From Anthoceros angustus (taxonomy: Eukaryota; Plantae; Anthocerotophyta): a DNA stretch of 64,000 bases. Below the pieces are notes generated by a model, which saw nothing but the letters and a program-made list of their open reading frames with translations, was not told the origin of the DNA and made no database searches. Shown one piece after another: positions 11,181 through 21,319 of this stretch. Position numbers and translations under genes: made by a program. Numbering within the stretch: position 1 is the first letter of the stretch; every line of letters begins with the position of its first letter. The DNA lies in the NCBI GenBank assembly GCA_010909165.1, contig MU008159.1, forward strand, positions 2,170,001 through 2,234,000, read 5' to 3'.

Positions 11181-11527
11181 AAAGCCAAACTGAGTTGACT
11201 TTCATGGTGACAGCGCACTGGTTGCCACGATGGATCATGCCCGTGCGCCAGTTTGAGCTCAGTTTAATCTGACCTGGCTTGGAACTGAATCCCATTGGCT
11301 GAACCGAGCTCCCGAACTGGCAGTGCATAAGAGTCCTAATAAGTCATCACTTTAGGTTTTAAGGAAATCGGATCCGTTTGCATAAGATGAGGCCAAATTG
11401 GAATTCGTAGGGGTGCTAGCATGCTTTGGTGGTCAACGGCTTCCCAGCAACCCAAGTGTCATTTGACCACTGGACGGTGGCGGGCAGTGGTGCACCGTCA
11501 CCATGAAAGTCAACTCAGTTTGGCTTT
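11181..11527. repeat. Perfect 31-bp inverted repeat inside a larger degenerate AT-rich inverted repeat (~10870-11860)
   Basis: aaagccaaactgagttgactttcatggtgac (11181-11211) pairs with gtcaccatgaaagtcaactcagtttggcttt (11497-11527). Outer arms: catgatttaaccaagttctcaaccctaagtctatat (~10897) pairs with the reverse complement of ~11794-11830. Confidence 0.8.
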
Positions 11528-12603
11528 TTAAACCCTTGTGTCATTTGACCATTGGGCGGTGGCGAGCTTGTTGTTTCTACATAGAATTTATATGAAATAT
11601 GCATAAATTTTTCAAGTTGCATAACTCGTGCATTTTCTCCAATAGCATGGTGTGCAGTGTAGAAATTCATTCTGAAATATGATGTAACGCATGTGTGATT
11701 ATCATAAAATAGTATATTTTCTATATACTTTGATATATATATTTTATATAATTATTTTTATAGTATCACGTACGAAGTTAATAAAAGAAAATCATATGGA
11801 CTTCGGGGTGAGAACTCGGTTAAATCATGGCTTATACTTAAATCCTATGTATACGTAACGTATTGTTGGATTATTGTTTCTAAGTACAATTTGTATGAAA
11901 TATGCATAAAACGTACTTCAAGTCAGTCTCTCAATCAAGTTTTGTAATGAATCTAAATATGCTTCAAATAAATTTAAATATATATTATTACTGTTAATAG
12001 AACATTGTATTGATATCTTATAGAAAAATAAAAATATTCTCCAATTGATATGTATCGATATAAAATCTTCACCATATGAAAAACATATAGATTTAATAGA
12101 TAACTTTCATACAACTTTTATGCCGAAACCGCATGGAACAACTTACATATTTTGTTTACGTGAATGTCGGTGAATATCGCTCCCATTTAAATTTGAAATG
12201 ACCTCCTCCCACCTAAACTGGAATAGGGACGGCGCCCACAACATGATCACACAATGCGGGCAGATCCTTTCTGAACGCAGCCTACCTAAGAGTCCATCAA
12301 CAGGCCACAGTCATACTCTAAGCACCTAACCATCGGATAAATAAACTGGTGCTCTATTTCCTAAATGTAAGCGGATATCACCCACACCTCCTTTCCGTCC
12401 TTCTTCCCAGGGCAACCAGCCACCAACAGCACTACCTACCTATCACATAGCACCCGAACCGTCATTCCGTACCTTTACCTCCGTTTCGTTTCGTTTCGTC
12501 CCGTTCCGTTCCGAATAATCGAATCCACATCGCGCGCGGATCAGGTATATAGTGCTCAGCCGACGTGCATAGGCCATAGGCTCCGGGCGTGCTCCTGCGA
12601 GGC

Positions 12604-15600
12604 ATGGCTGTCTGGAGCCTTGCAGTTGAGTCGCGGAACGACCCCTTGTCCGGACGCATTTCGTGGACTCAGCAAAGTGGCGGGCTAACGGGTATTCGAG
12701 CCACAGCTCCCGCTCGCCTGCGTTTCAGGAGTCAATTTGTGGCGCACAACCAAGTCGGGAGGTGCTGCTCTGCTGCAACAAAGCCAGCCCGTCAAATTGC
12801 ATCTTCTAGCGAGGGTCGTGGTCAGGAGAAATGGTGCCGACAACTGTTTCTGCATCCCACATTCTGCTGGGATAACAGGCAAAGAAGAAAGAGCCTCTTC
12901 TCGCCTGACTTCGAGTACAGGCAGTCCCGGAAGGTCCTCTGGTTAAACAACTTCTACCAGCCAGCTCGGGTCTATGTCCAGCTTTCTGCTCTGGATATGG
13001 AAATGGATCCTTGTTGCTCCTACAGGAGCTTACGGGATGAGCCTAATCCTCGCCGGGGTTACGATGGGGGCGTCACGGCTGAGACCGTGAGCAAGCTGTG
13101 TCACCAGGGTCATCTGATTGAGGCTGTAGAGGCCTTGGAGGTTTTGGTGCGGACAGAGCGCTGTGTGTCCAAATCTCTCTTGTGTACTGTCCTGAAGCAA
13201 TGTGTAGTGAAGAGGGATCTTGCTCTCGGTAGCCGCATTCACGCTTTCAGTGTGCAAAAGGGGTACCAGTCAGACACGGTCCTGTGCAACCACATCCTGC
13301 GAATGTATGCTTCTCATGGCAGGTTGCAAGACGCCATGAATGTGTTTGAAATGGTGGCCAAACCAGATGCGTTCACGTGGTCTGCCATCATCTCTGCGCA
13401 TGTTAAACACAGACAAGACAGGCAGGCCATACAACTGTATCATCGGATGAGAAGGTCCAGAGTGAAGCCAGATGGCCATGTGTTTGTGGCAGCCCTCCAG
13501 GCTTGCGCAAGGGGATCAGACATGAAAAATGGGCAGCAGGTGCATGCTGATGCGTTGGCCAGTGGCGTTGAGCTTGATTTGTTCGTTGGTACTTGCTTGG
13601 TGGATATGTATGCAAAGTGTGGCAGCTTGGAGGATGCTCAGGGTGTATTTGACCGTCTTGGTGAGAAAAATGTGGTAACTTGGACTTCCTTGATAGCAGG
13701 ATATTCCCAGCATGGCATGGGGCAGGAAGCCCTTCGGCTCTACAGTGCTATGCAGGAAGAAGGGATGGCTGTACCCAATTGCGTGACATTTGTCTGCCTC
13801 TTGCAGGCTTGTGCAAGCGTTGGCATTCTAGCATTGGAGCAAGGGAAACAGCTTCACAAGGAGATCAGAGATCGAGGACATGAAGCTGATGCGTTTGTAG
13901 CCAGCAGTTTGGTGAACATGTATGCCAAGTGTGGCAGCCTGGAAGAAGCTCAGAGAGTGTTTGACACACTTGGTCACAAGAACGAGGTGACGTGGACTGC
14001 CATGATAGCAGGATATTCCCAGAAAGGCATGGGGCAGGAAGCCCTTTGCCTCTACAGTGCGATGCAAGAGGATGGAAAGGCTGTCCCCAATTGCGTGACA
14101 TTTGTGTGCCTCTTGCGGGCATGTGCAAGTGTGGGCACCCTAGCATTGGACACAGGGAAGCAGCTGCATATGCAGATTAGAGAGCAGGGCCACGAGGCTG
14201 ATGGTTTTGTAGCTAGCAGTTTAATGAACATGTATGCAAAGTGTGGCAATTTGGAAGATGCGCAGAGAGTGTTTGATGGACTCTGTTGCAAAGATGTAGT
14301 CACCTGGACTGCCATGATAGCAGGGTATTCCCAGCAGGGCATGGGGCAGGAAGCCCTCTCTCTCTACAGCGCTATGCAAGAAGATGGCATGGCTAGACCT
14401 GATCCGGTGACGTTTGTGTGCCTCCTGCAGGCATGTGCAAGTCTGGGTAATGCAGCGCTGGATATGGGGAAGCGGCTTCATATGCAGATTAGAGAACAAG
14501 GGCATGAAGCTGATGGGGTTGTCTCCAACAGTTTGGTGAGCATGTATGTCAAGTGCGGCAGCTTGGAACACGCTCAGAGACTGTTTGATCGCCTTGGTTG
14601 CAAAGATGTTGTGACGTGGAATGCCATGATAGCAGGATATTCCCAGCAGGGCATGGGGCAGGAAGCCCTTCGCCTCTACAGAACGATGGTAGAAGAAGGC
14701 ATGGCTTCACCCGATTCAGTGACATTTGTGTGCCTCCTGCAAGCTTGTGCAAATGTGGCAGCCCTTTATCTGGGAAGGCAGCTACATGTGCAGATTGTCG
14801 AACAAGGGCTCCAAGCCGATTTGTTTCTAGCTGGCAGTTTGATTAACATGTATAGCAAGTCGGGGAGCATGGTTGCTGCACAACAGGTGTTCGATGCGAT
14901 GCCTGAAAGAACCGTCATTGCCTGGAGTGCACTGATAGCAGGCTACTCGTATCAAGGAGAGAGTAAAGTAGTCTTTGGCTTGTTCGAAAGAATGAGAGAG
15001 GATGGCGTACAGCCAGACGGCATTACATTCCTTAGTGTACTGACTGTGTGTAGTCACGCGGGTCTAGTGAAGCAGGGGTGGGAGTACTTCGATGCCATGA
15101 GCAGACAGTTCGGCATCAGTCCCACGCAGGACCACTACACATGCATGGTGGACATACTGGGCCGTGCAGGACAACTGGATGAGGCACTAGGTTTGGTAAG
15201 GTCAATGCCTGTATCGCCAAATGCTGCAGTTTGGTGCGCCCTGTTGGGTGCTTGTCGAAAGTGGAGCAATGTGAAGGTGGGACACCAGGCTTTCACTGAA
15301 GCTGTGAAACTAGATCAGAGAGATGCTGCAGCATATGTGTTGATGTCGAACATATACACCAGTGCCCAGATGTGGGAGCGGGCACGGGAATTTCAGTCGA
15401 GGAGAAAAAGAATCAGGGCATGGAAGCAGCCAGGTCAGAGCTGGTGGACAGACAAGGAGGGAATGGTGCACAGTTTCCTGGTTGGGGATGAGACGTATCT
15501 CGAGAGTCGAGCAAGGCTGAATCAGGTATTGTCTAAAAGGAAGAAACAAGGATATATGCCGCATCTTCACTCGGCAGACATATGTGATCAAAGATTATTT

Positions 15601-15657
15601 ATTCGGCCACAGCCAGAATGGCATGTCGCATATGCCTTAAACAACACAATCAAGTAG
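12604..15657 (+). CDS. PLS-class PPR organellar RNA-editing-type factor, 1017 aa: 20 PPR motifs + E1 + E2 + WW-type PG box + decayed DYW
   Basis: Intronless, first ATG 12604, TATA-like at ~12545. Array (L-S-P)x5, L-S, P2-L2-S2, then E1 (AAVWCALLGACRKW), E2 (AAAYVLMSNIY) and WKQPGQSWWTD...HSFLVGD. The central triplets recur with an exact 312-nt period (13696/14008/14320/14632). No in-frame HxE or CxxC before the stop. Confidence 0.93.
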   Translation: MAVWSLAVESRNDPLSGRISWTQQSGGLTGIRATAPARLRFRSQFVAHNQVGRCCSAATKPARQIASSSEGRGQEKWCRQLFLHPTFCWDNRQRRKSLFSPDFEYRQSRKVLWLNNFYQPARVYVQLSALDMEMDPCCSYRSLRDEPNPRRGYDGGVTAETVSKLCHQGHLIEAVEALEVLVRTERCVSKSLLCTVLKQCVVKRDLALGSRIHAFSVQKGYQSDTVLCNHILRMYASHGRLQDAMNVFEMVAKPDAFTWSAIISAHVKHRQDRQAIQLYHRMRRSRVKPDGHVFVAALQACARGSDMKNGQQVHADALASGVELDLFVGTCLVDMYAKCGSLEDAQGVFDRLGEKNVVTWTSLIAGYSQHGMGQEALRLYSAMQEEGMAVPNCVTFVCLLQACASVGILALEQGKQLHKEIRDRGHEADAFVASSLVNMYAKCGSLEEAQRVFDTLGHKNEVTWTAMIAGYSQKGMGQEALCLYSAMQEDGKAVPNCVTFVCLLRACASVGTLALDTGKQLHMQIREQGHEADGFVASSLMNMYAKCGNLEDAQRVFDGLCCKDVVTWTAMIAGYSQQGMGQEALSLYSAMQEDGMARPDPVTFVCLLQACASLGNAALDMGKRLHMQIREQGHEADGVVSNSLVSMYVKCGSLEHAQRLFDRLGCKDVVTWNAMIAGYSQQGMGQEALRLYRTMVEEGMASPDSVTFVCLLQACANVAALYLGRQLHVQIVEQGLQADLFLAGSLINMYSKSGSMVAAQQVFDAMPERTVIAWSALIAGYSYQGESKVVFGLFERMREDGVQPDGITFLSVLTVCSHAGLVKQGWEYFDAMSRQFGISPTQDHYTCMVDILGRAGQLDEALGLVRSMPVSPNAAVWCALLGACRKWSNVKVGHQAFTEAVKLDQRDAAAYVLMSNIYTSAQMWERAREFQSRRKRIRAWKQPGQSWWTDKEGMVHSFLVGDETYLESRARLNQVLSKRKKQGYMPHLHSADICDQRLFIRPQPEWHVAYALNNTIK

Positions 15658-16150
15658 ACGAACACAACAAAAGAAAACCCCCGACTATTGAAATGTCTCC
15701 AGGAGCTCTAATGGAGCTGTGGACGAGGTTCATACACCTACTAAAACGCCGGAAAGACATCCTTCCACAAACCACGTACGATGCGCAAGCCTACCACATC
15801 CGCCCGCAAACCACATGAGAAGCGCAGGCCTATCCCAGGATCCAGTTCTATTAGATGTTGCTGCAATGCTGCATGGTGTTTGGATCATGCAGCTGCCTGG
15901 ATGCATCACCACCACCGGCCAGGACTCGGCTACCAGGACCTCCTCTACATGGGAAGAGCTGCAAGAGGGTTCGCAGGACCCGGACCCGGAGTGCAGGAGG
16001 CTGAGGTGGCAAAAAAGACGAAGTGAAAGTTTCCCATTGGCAAACAACCCCGGCTCTAAGAAACCTTTAGGTTTACATTTAGGTTCATTTCCGCTGAAGT
16101 CAAGATAGATGAGGCTTAGGGAGGGAGAAAGAAGATGGACACACTCCAAC
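15658..16150 (+). pseudogene. Post-stop DYW remnant, followed by a degraded copy of the SUT last-exon end (opposite strand)
   Basis: The frame continues TNTTKENPRLLKCL..RGSYTY*NAGKTSF, which aligns with DYW PIRIFKNL..RFHHFKDGKCSC. 16085-16150 matches 19925-19985 (ccgctgaagtca...gaggcttagggag...aagaaga). Confidence 0.6.
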
Positions 16151-16454
16151 ACATCAAAATAGGTTAGGAGGGGCGGTCTAAAAATAATTAACTTATATTC
16201 TTCTAAAAATTCTATAAGGAACTTCTAGAAAGTCCAAAGAATAAAGGACAAGTGATAGGGAAGACATTATACCAACAAGAAGTAATGCGCAAGTCTAGAG
16301 ACCAATGGGATTTAAGGCTAAGGACTAATTAAAACCTAGTGTACCTAGCTTTCAGGGTACGATGTGAGCTACGGTGTTTGTCCAAATGAGGCCAAATGGA
16401 CACATATATATGAGAATGCCGATATTAAGCATCTTGCGTTTAGATCGGTACTTA

Positions 16455-16635
16455 GATGGGGTGCTCAATGGGCGTAGATGCCCTTGGTGCAAGTAACTTA
16501 GGCATACCATGGTACAAGTTATTAAGTACCAAGTCCATGATATAATGGGGTGCTTAGAGGGAGTGGATGCCCTTGGTGCAAGTAGCTTAGGCATACTATA
16601 GTACAAGTTGTTAAGTACCAAGTCCCATGACATAA
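16455..16635. repeat. ~90-bp tandem duplication
   Basis: gatgcccttggtgcaagta.cttaggcata...taagtaccaagtc occurs at ~16476 and ~16566. Confidence 0.85.
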
Positions 16636-16935
16636 AAATTGCGACCAAGTGAACTATACTAAACTTCTTCTTCTTCTGTGTATGTCATATGTAGAATGCC
16701 TAGAATGCTTACAGTACCTAAAGTACCTTAGTGCATATAACTAATCTATATTGTATGAGAGTGTTATATTTCCTCTGAATAAAATATAGCAATATAACCT
16801 TGTCCCTCATGCATGACCCCCAACTAAAATGCTCGACGGTTATCACCACCACCAAAATAGCCCATCCCTAGAGAGCTGCTCCATCTGAAGCTAACATGTC
16901 ATGGGGTTACAGTTTATGCGGTTGCCAGCCTGGGG

Positions 16936-17062
16936 GACCCGCGGTTCCATACGAGTTAAATGCTGTAGTTATCCTGGGAGACCCGCGGTTCCAGACGAGT
17001 TATTTGCTCTGGTTATTGTTCATGCTGTGGCCAACATGGGGGACCCGCGGTTCCAGACGAGT
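16936..17062 (+). promoter_or_regulatory. Three copies of the 21-bp motif GACCCGCGGTTCCA(T/G)ACGAGT upstream of GILP
   Basis: Copies at 16936-16956, 16980-17000 and 17042-17062, with unrelated spacers. A telo-box lies at ~17442. Confidence 0.5.
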
Positions 17063-17506
17063 GGGAAGGCTCAAGACGCCTTCCCAGCTGACGGAGTCGG
17101 TTAGCTTGACCTCGTCCCTTCCAGACCTCGTCGTCTCCATCGCCTGTTGCTTACATCTCATCTGGAAGGGCAGGCTCGAGCTGCGGCGGGGCTTTCTGTG
17201 CTGGTGTTCTGGGAGAAGAGGAGAATTTGAGAAGAGGATCGCTGCTGAATTGGGTCGGTGACCGGCGACCGTGTGCCGCTCAGCTGTTGGAGACAGGCCA
17301 AGGTGTTGCTGGTGAGAGCTGCTGGTGTTCTGTTGGGAAGAATTGGGTTTGGTTCGTGTGGCAGATGTAATTTGCAGCTGGGGCGCGGCGGCGGTGCATT
17401 CTTCAGCTGGGGAGCAGATGATCGGGGTCGGTGGTTCGTTTAGGGTTTCTGTGTGTGCAGGCAGGCTAACATATGGTGGGCGGATGTAATGTATCAGGGA
17501 AAAAAG

Positions 17507-18633
17507 ATGGGTACAGGAAATGATCCGGCTGTCGGGGTGCCGTATGGATTTTCGCAACCTCCGACTGGGTATCCTCCATCTCACGGTGCTCCAGGCCCCG
17601 GGCCTCAGAATGCTGGTTATGCTCCGCAGAATGCTGATGGCTATCATCCGCAGGATTTAGGGGGCTATCCTCCTCAAAATGCCGGTGGTTATCCTCCTCA
17701 AAATGCCGGTGGTTATCCTCCTCAGAGTGCCGGTGGCTATCCTCCTCAGAATGCCGGTGGCTATCCTCCGCAGGATTTCGGAGGCTATCCTCCGCAGGAT
17801 TTCGGAGGCTATCCTCCGCAGGATTTCGGAGGCTATCCTCCGCAGGATGCTGGGGGCTATGCTCCTCCAAATCCTGGATACGGACCCCAAGGTGCCGGCG
17901 TCCAGCCTCCGGGTTCCCCTGGCCCTGCTCCTGGTTCGCCTTATGTAATTCATGCTCCTGTCATGGTCCCCATGGTTCGAGACCCCTATCAAGCGGGACA
18001 TATTCCACCTAATGCAGTATATGCGCACGTGGAAGGATTGCGTCTGCGAAACACTTTCTATGGGGACACTCCTGCCCCATTTGAGTGCCTACATTGTGGC
18101 AAGCCTGGTCTTACAACTGTAAGGTGAGGGCCCGTTGCTCTATCCCTGTTGTCACATGTCTAGTACTTCAAAAGTCGTCTTTGCCCCAGGTTGTTGCTGA
18201 GGATGTGCGTGATAGCAACGAAATTTGTTGCTAGACTTGGCATCTCTCTGATGTGAGGTGAGGCGTTGCAGTTTTTGTGACTTGTAATCCCACTGGGCCC
18301 ATGGTTGTGCAGGTCAGAGCGCAGTGTGGCAACATACGTCGCTTGCATGATGTCTGCTTGTATTGGAATTTGTTTTCTCTTTCCTGGTTGCGATTGCTTG
18401 TGGCACAAGTACCACTACTGCCCCAACTGTGGCCAAAAGGTAAGACAGTCCCCATGTATTCTACCTTGACACAGCTGTGTGTGACCATGCATGTCTCTCT
18501 TCCAGATGGTGGTGAGCTGATGATAGCATGCCGTTGTTATTTTGCCCAGGTCGGGGATCTCACCAAGACAGACCCGTGCTTGGTAATGGATCCCACTCAA
18601 TGGACTCGACCCAGTTTTGGAGTTCCTTATTAA
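17507..18633 (+). CDS. GILP: LITAF-domain protein (GILP family), 3 exons, 275 aa, with an expanded Gly/Tyr/Pro/Gln repeat N-terminus
   Basis: Exons 17507-18123, 18313-18439 and 18550-18633 (GT-AG, in frame). LITAF domain: DTPAPFECLHCG...VACMMSACIGICFLFPGCDCLWHKYHYCPNCG, with the plant GILP tail DPCLVMDPTQWTRPSF. Confidence 0.92.
17615..17878 (+). repeat. Coding 24-nt tandem repeat, 11 units encoding GYPPQ(N/D/S)(A/F/L)G-like octapeptides
   Basis: Directly visible ggctatcctccgcaggatttcgga / ggttatcctcctcaaaatgccggt units. Confidence 0.95.
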
Positions 18634-19241
18634 TTGCACTTGGCGCCCAGCCCAGCCTTAACCGTCAGACTCCTGTAAATCTCCATTACCCGCGTATTTT
18701 TCCTCTCGAGTCCCTAAACGAAGCAGGAGCAGGGGGTGGTCCTTCGTGACTATGTAGCCACTACATCAGGTATTCTTTTTTGTACTCATCCACACTCTAG
18801 ATAAAAAAAAGTAAAGAGATCGTCACATGCTACCATGCCATTTGCAACCATGTATCGACCACTTGGAATGTTTAAGGACACTATTGTACAGGGCTGAAAA
18901 TGCGGCCGCTTGTTTAGGGCTTTCCTTACTGAGCTGTTCCCGTGTCTGTGCGGGCGACTGTACCTGTGTGAGTCTCCTATGCTGCGGCATCATCCTGCGG
19001 AGGTAGGCGGCTTAGGCGGACTTTACTTGACAAAAACTAGAAAAACTCCCGGCGGAAAATGGGCTCGGCACTGGAGTTCTGCCGGAGTGAAACTCTTCCC
19101 GTCTAATAGCGGAGAAGTAGGCCACTGGCGACTGCCGTGTGTCAGCCCCCGCAAGTTGGACACCGCCGACCACATGGATCGAGATATCTCACCCACAGGT
19201 AACGCGGGAGCATGTAACTGGCCCTAGGCAGCCTAGTTACT

Positions 19242-19510
19242 TGGTTGGGAAGGCTGTATCGGGTATTGTCCAAAAGGAAGAAAGATATGCAGGATATACC
19301 CCGCACTTTGGCTCGGCAGACATCTCTGCTCGAAGATCATTTTTTCGGGCACAGCACGAATGTCCTGTTGCATATGCCTTAAACAACACAACGGAGGAAA
19401 ACCCCAGAGTATTGAAGGGTCTCCAGGAGCTTAAATGGAGTTATAGACGAGATTCATTTACCTACTAAAACGCTGGAAAGACATCCTTCCGCAAACCACA
19501 TGAGAAGCGC
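19242..19510 (+). pseudogene. Duplicated 3' end (E+/DYW remnant) of the PPR gene
   Basis: Matches 15513-15770. Reads GYTPHFGSADISARRSFFRAQHECPVAYALNNTTEENPRVLKGLQELKWSYRRDSFTY*NAGKTSF. No PPR array upstream. Confidence 0.85.
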
Positions 19511-19892
19511 AGGCGTATCCCTGGCTCCAGTTTTATTAGATGTTGCCGCAATGCTGCATGTTGTTTGGATCATGCAGCTGCCTGGATACTTCGTCACCAC
19601 CGGCTATGACTCGGCTACCAGGCGCTCCCCTACAGAGGGAGAGCTGCAGAGGGCTCACTAGACTTTCAGAGAGGATATCTGGATTGAACAAAAAATTAAT
19701 AGGTGAAGAATGAAACATGCTAATGATTCTCCGCGGAGCTGTCAACAAACTCTCAACACACAAGTGCAGGTACTCAAATCGATAAGCCTCATCAGATGGC
19801 ATCCATCAGAATGAAGGTTGTTCATCTACGATTCTCGAATTTTGGGGTAGCAAGTTTTTCAAGAGGCAGGCAGGTTGGGAAGGTCTGCAATC

Positions 19893-21319
19893 CTAAGGAA
19901 TAGGAGAGCTTCTTGTCCTCCGAATCCTGTTTCCGCTGAAGTCAGGAGGAGGCTTAGGGAGTAAGAAGACGGCGCACACAGCACCCAGGAATGCAGAGAC
20001 TGCAGCCAGCAAAAATGCTGGAAGGTTTCCACCACCAAACAGCTCATCCCAGGGGCCTGCTCCAACTGAGACTATGACCTGCAGTGCAACAACCCTTACA
20101 ATCAGCTCCTGCTAACCTTAAAAAAGCGTGTGATGCTGGGCAGTTTATAAGGAAAGAGACTCACTTGAGGAATGACGACAGCTAGATTCAGAACACCCAT
20201 GGACAGCCCTGCACGGCGTGTTCGAGAATTAGTTAACAAAATGCAAACTCTCCCACACTCTAAGCAGGTTTACTACAGGCCAATGGAGCCCAAAACAAAC
20301 AACCCTCGAGAAGATAATACCTTGTCCTCCTCCTGAGCTACTAGTCAGACTTGCCGTCAAAGCATATGGTACACTGTACGTGATCTGGAACCAGATAAAC
20401 CGTCAGAACAAGTGCCTTCACAATCAAGTCCGCAGAATGAAGTAGCAATTCCACTGCAGCTTACCGCCAAGGGAGCTCCAAGAAGTGTAAAGAAGATAAG
20501 AGCAGGAACGGTGACCGAATAAGGAGGTTCAACAGGTCCATGAATAGAAGCCCTGGCCGCAGCCTTGGTGATGTACCAGGTGCTTCCCAAGCACAGAGTC
20601 ATGAGAACATTGGCTGCTGCCCAAACGTAGCTCGATCCCAGTTTCCTGCAAAGTGGCTCAACCACCAGAGAAGTAAGCCCCAGCACGACCGAGTTGAGCA
20701 TGAGCCCGAAAGCCCCCATGTGCACCCCACTGTAATAGAGGGAAGTAATCCCGTCCTCCATCCCGGTGGGCTCGCCTCTGTATACCTCCCGACCCATCCA
20801 GTCCGTGTCGAAGAGCAGGAACGGGAACCAGGCGAACCAGGTGAGTGCAGTCACCAGCAGCAGATACCACATTGGGCGGGGGAGGTCCCGCAGTGCCCCC
20901 ACAATCTCCGAAAACAAGGCCTCCGACTCCGGTTCCTCCACATCCTCGTCCTCCTCCTCCTCATCCTCCTGCTTCCTATCACCCACCACAGCCGTGGTGC
21001 CGTTCACCTTGCCACCTTCCGAAACCTGGGACACCTCACCGAAGTGCACACCGGCAGTGGCCTCCTCCTTCTCGGGCAGCAAAGGAGTGGTGATGCTGGG
21101 CTGCGGCTCGGGCTCCACATTCTTGTTCGGATTCACCCACGGAATCTCTGACGCAGCCGTGACGCTCAGCAGCGTGGTGATCGCCAGCAGGACGATGGCG
21201 ATTAGAAAGGCGGACTTGAGGTTGGCGCAGGGGATGTCGCAGGCGTCCGTGAGCGTGAAGGGAAGGATTTTGTACCAACTCTCGTAGGCCCCGGTGGCGA
21301 ACCCCAGGACGTTCCCCAC
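19893..21319 (-). CDS. SUT: Sucrose/H+ symporter (SUT/SUC, type II-like long acidic central loop); only the 3' four exons are present
   Basis: Exons 21319-20465 (VGNVLGFATG..LFDTDWMGREVY.G.P..GAFGLMLNSVVLG), 20384-20321 (ITYSVPYALTASLTSSSGGGQG), 20208-20165 (LSMGVLNLAVVIPQ) and 20078-19893 (VIVSVGAGPWDELFGGGNLPAF, stop). GT-AG introns of 80, 112 and 86 bp. The N-terminal half was not found in the window. Confidence 0.9.

Noticed and set aside
18889-19227. hAT-type MITE (CAGGGC...GCCCTA)
   Set aside because: The terminal match is only ~6 bp and there is no 8-bp TSD.
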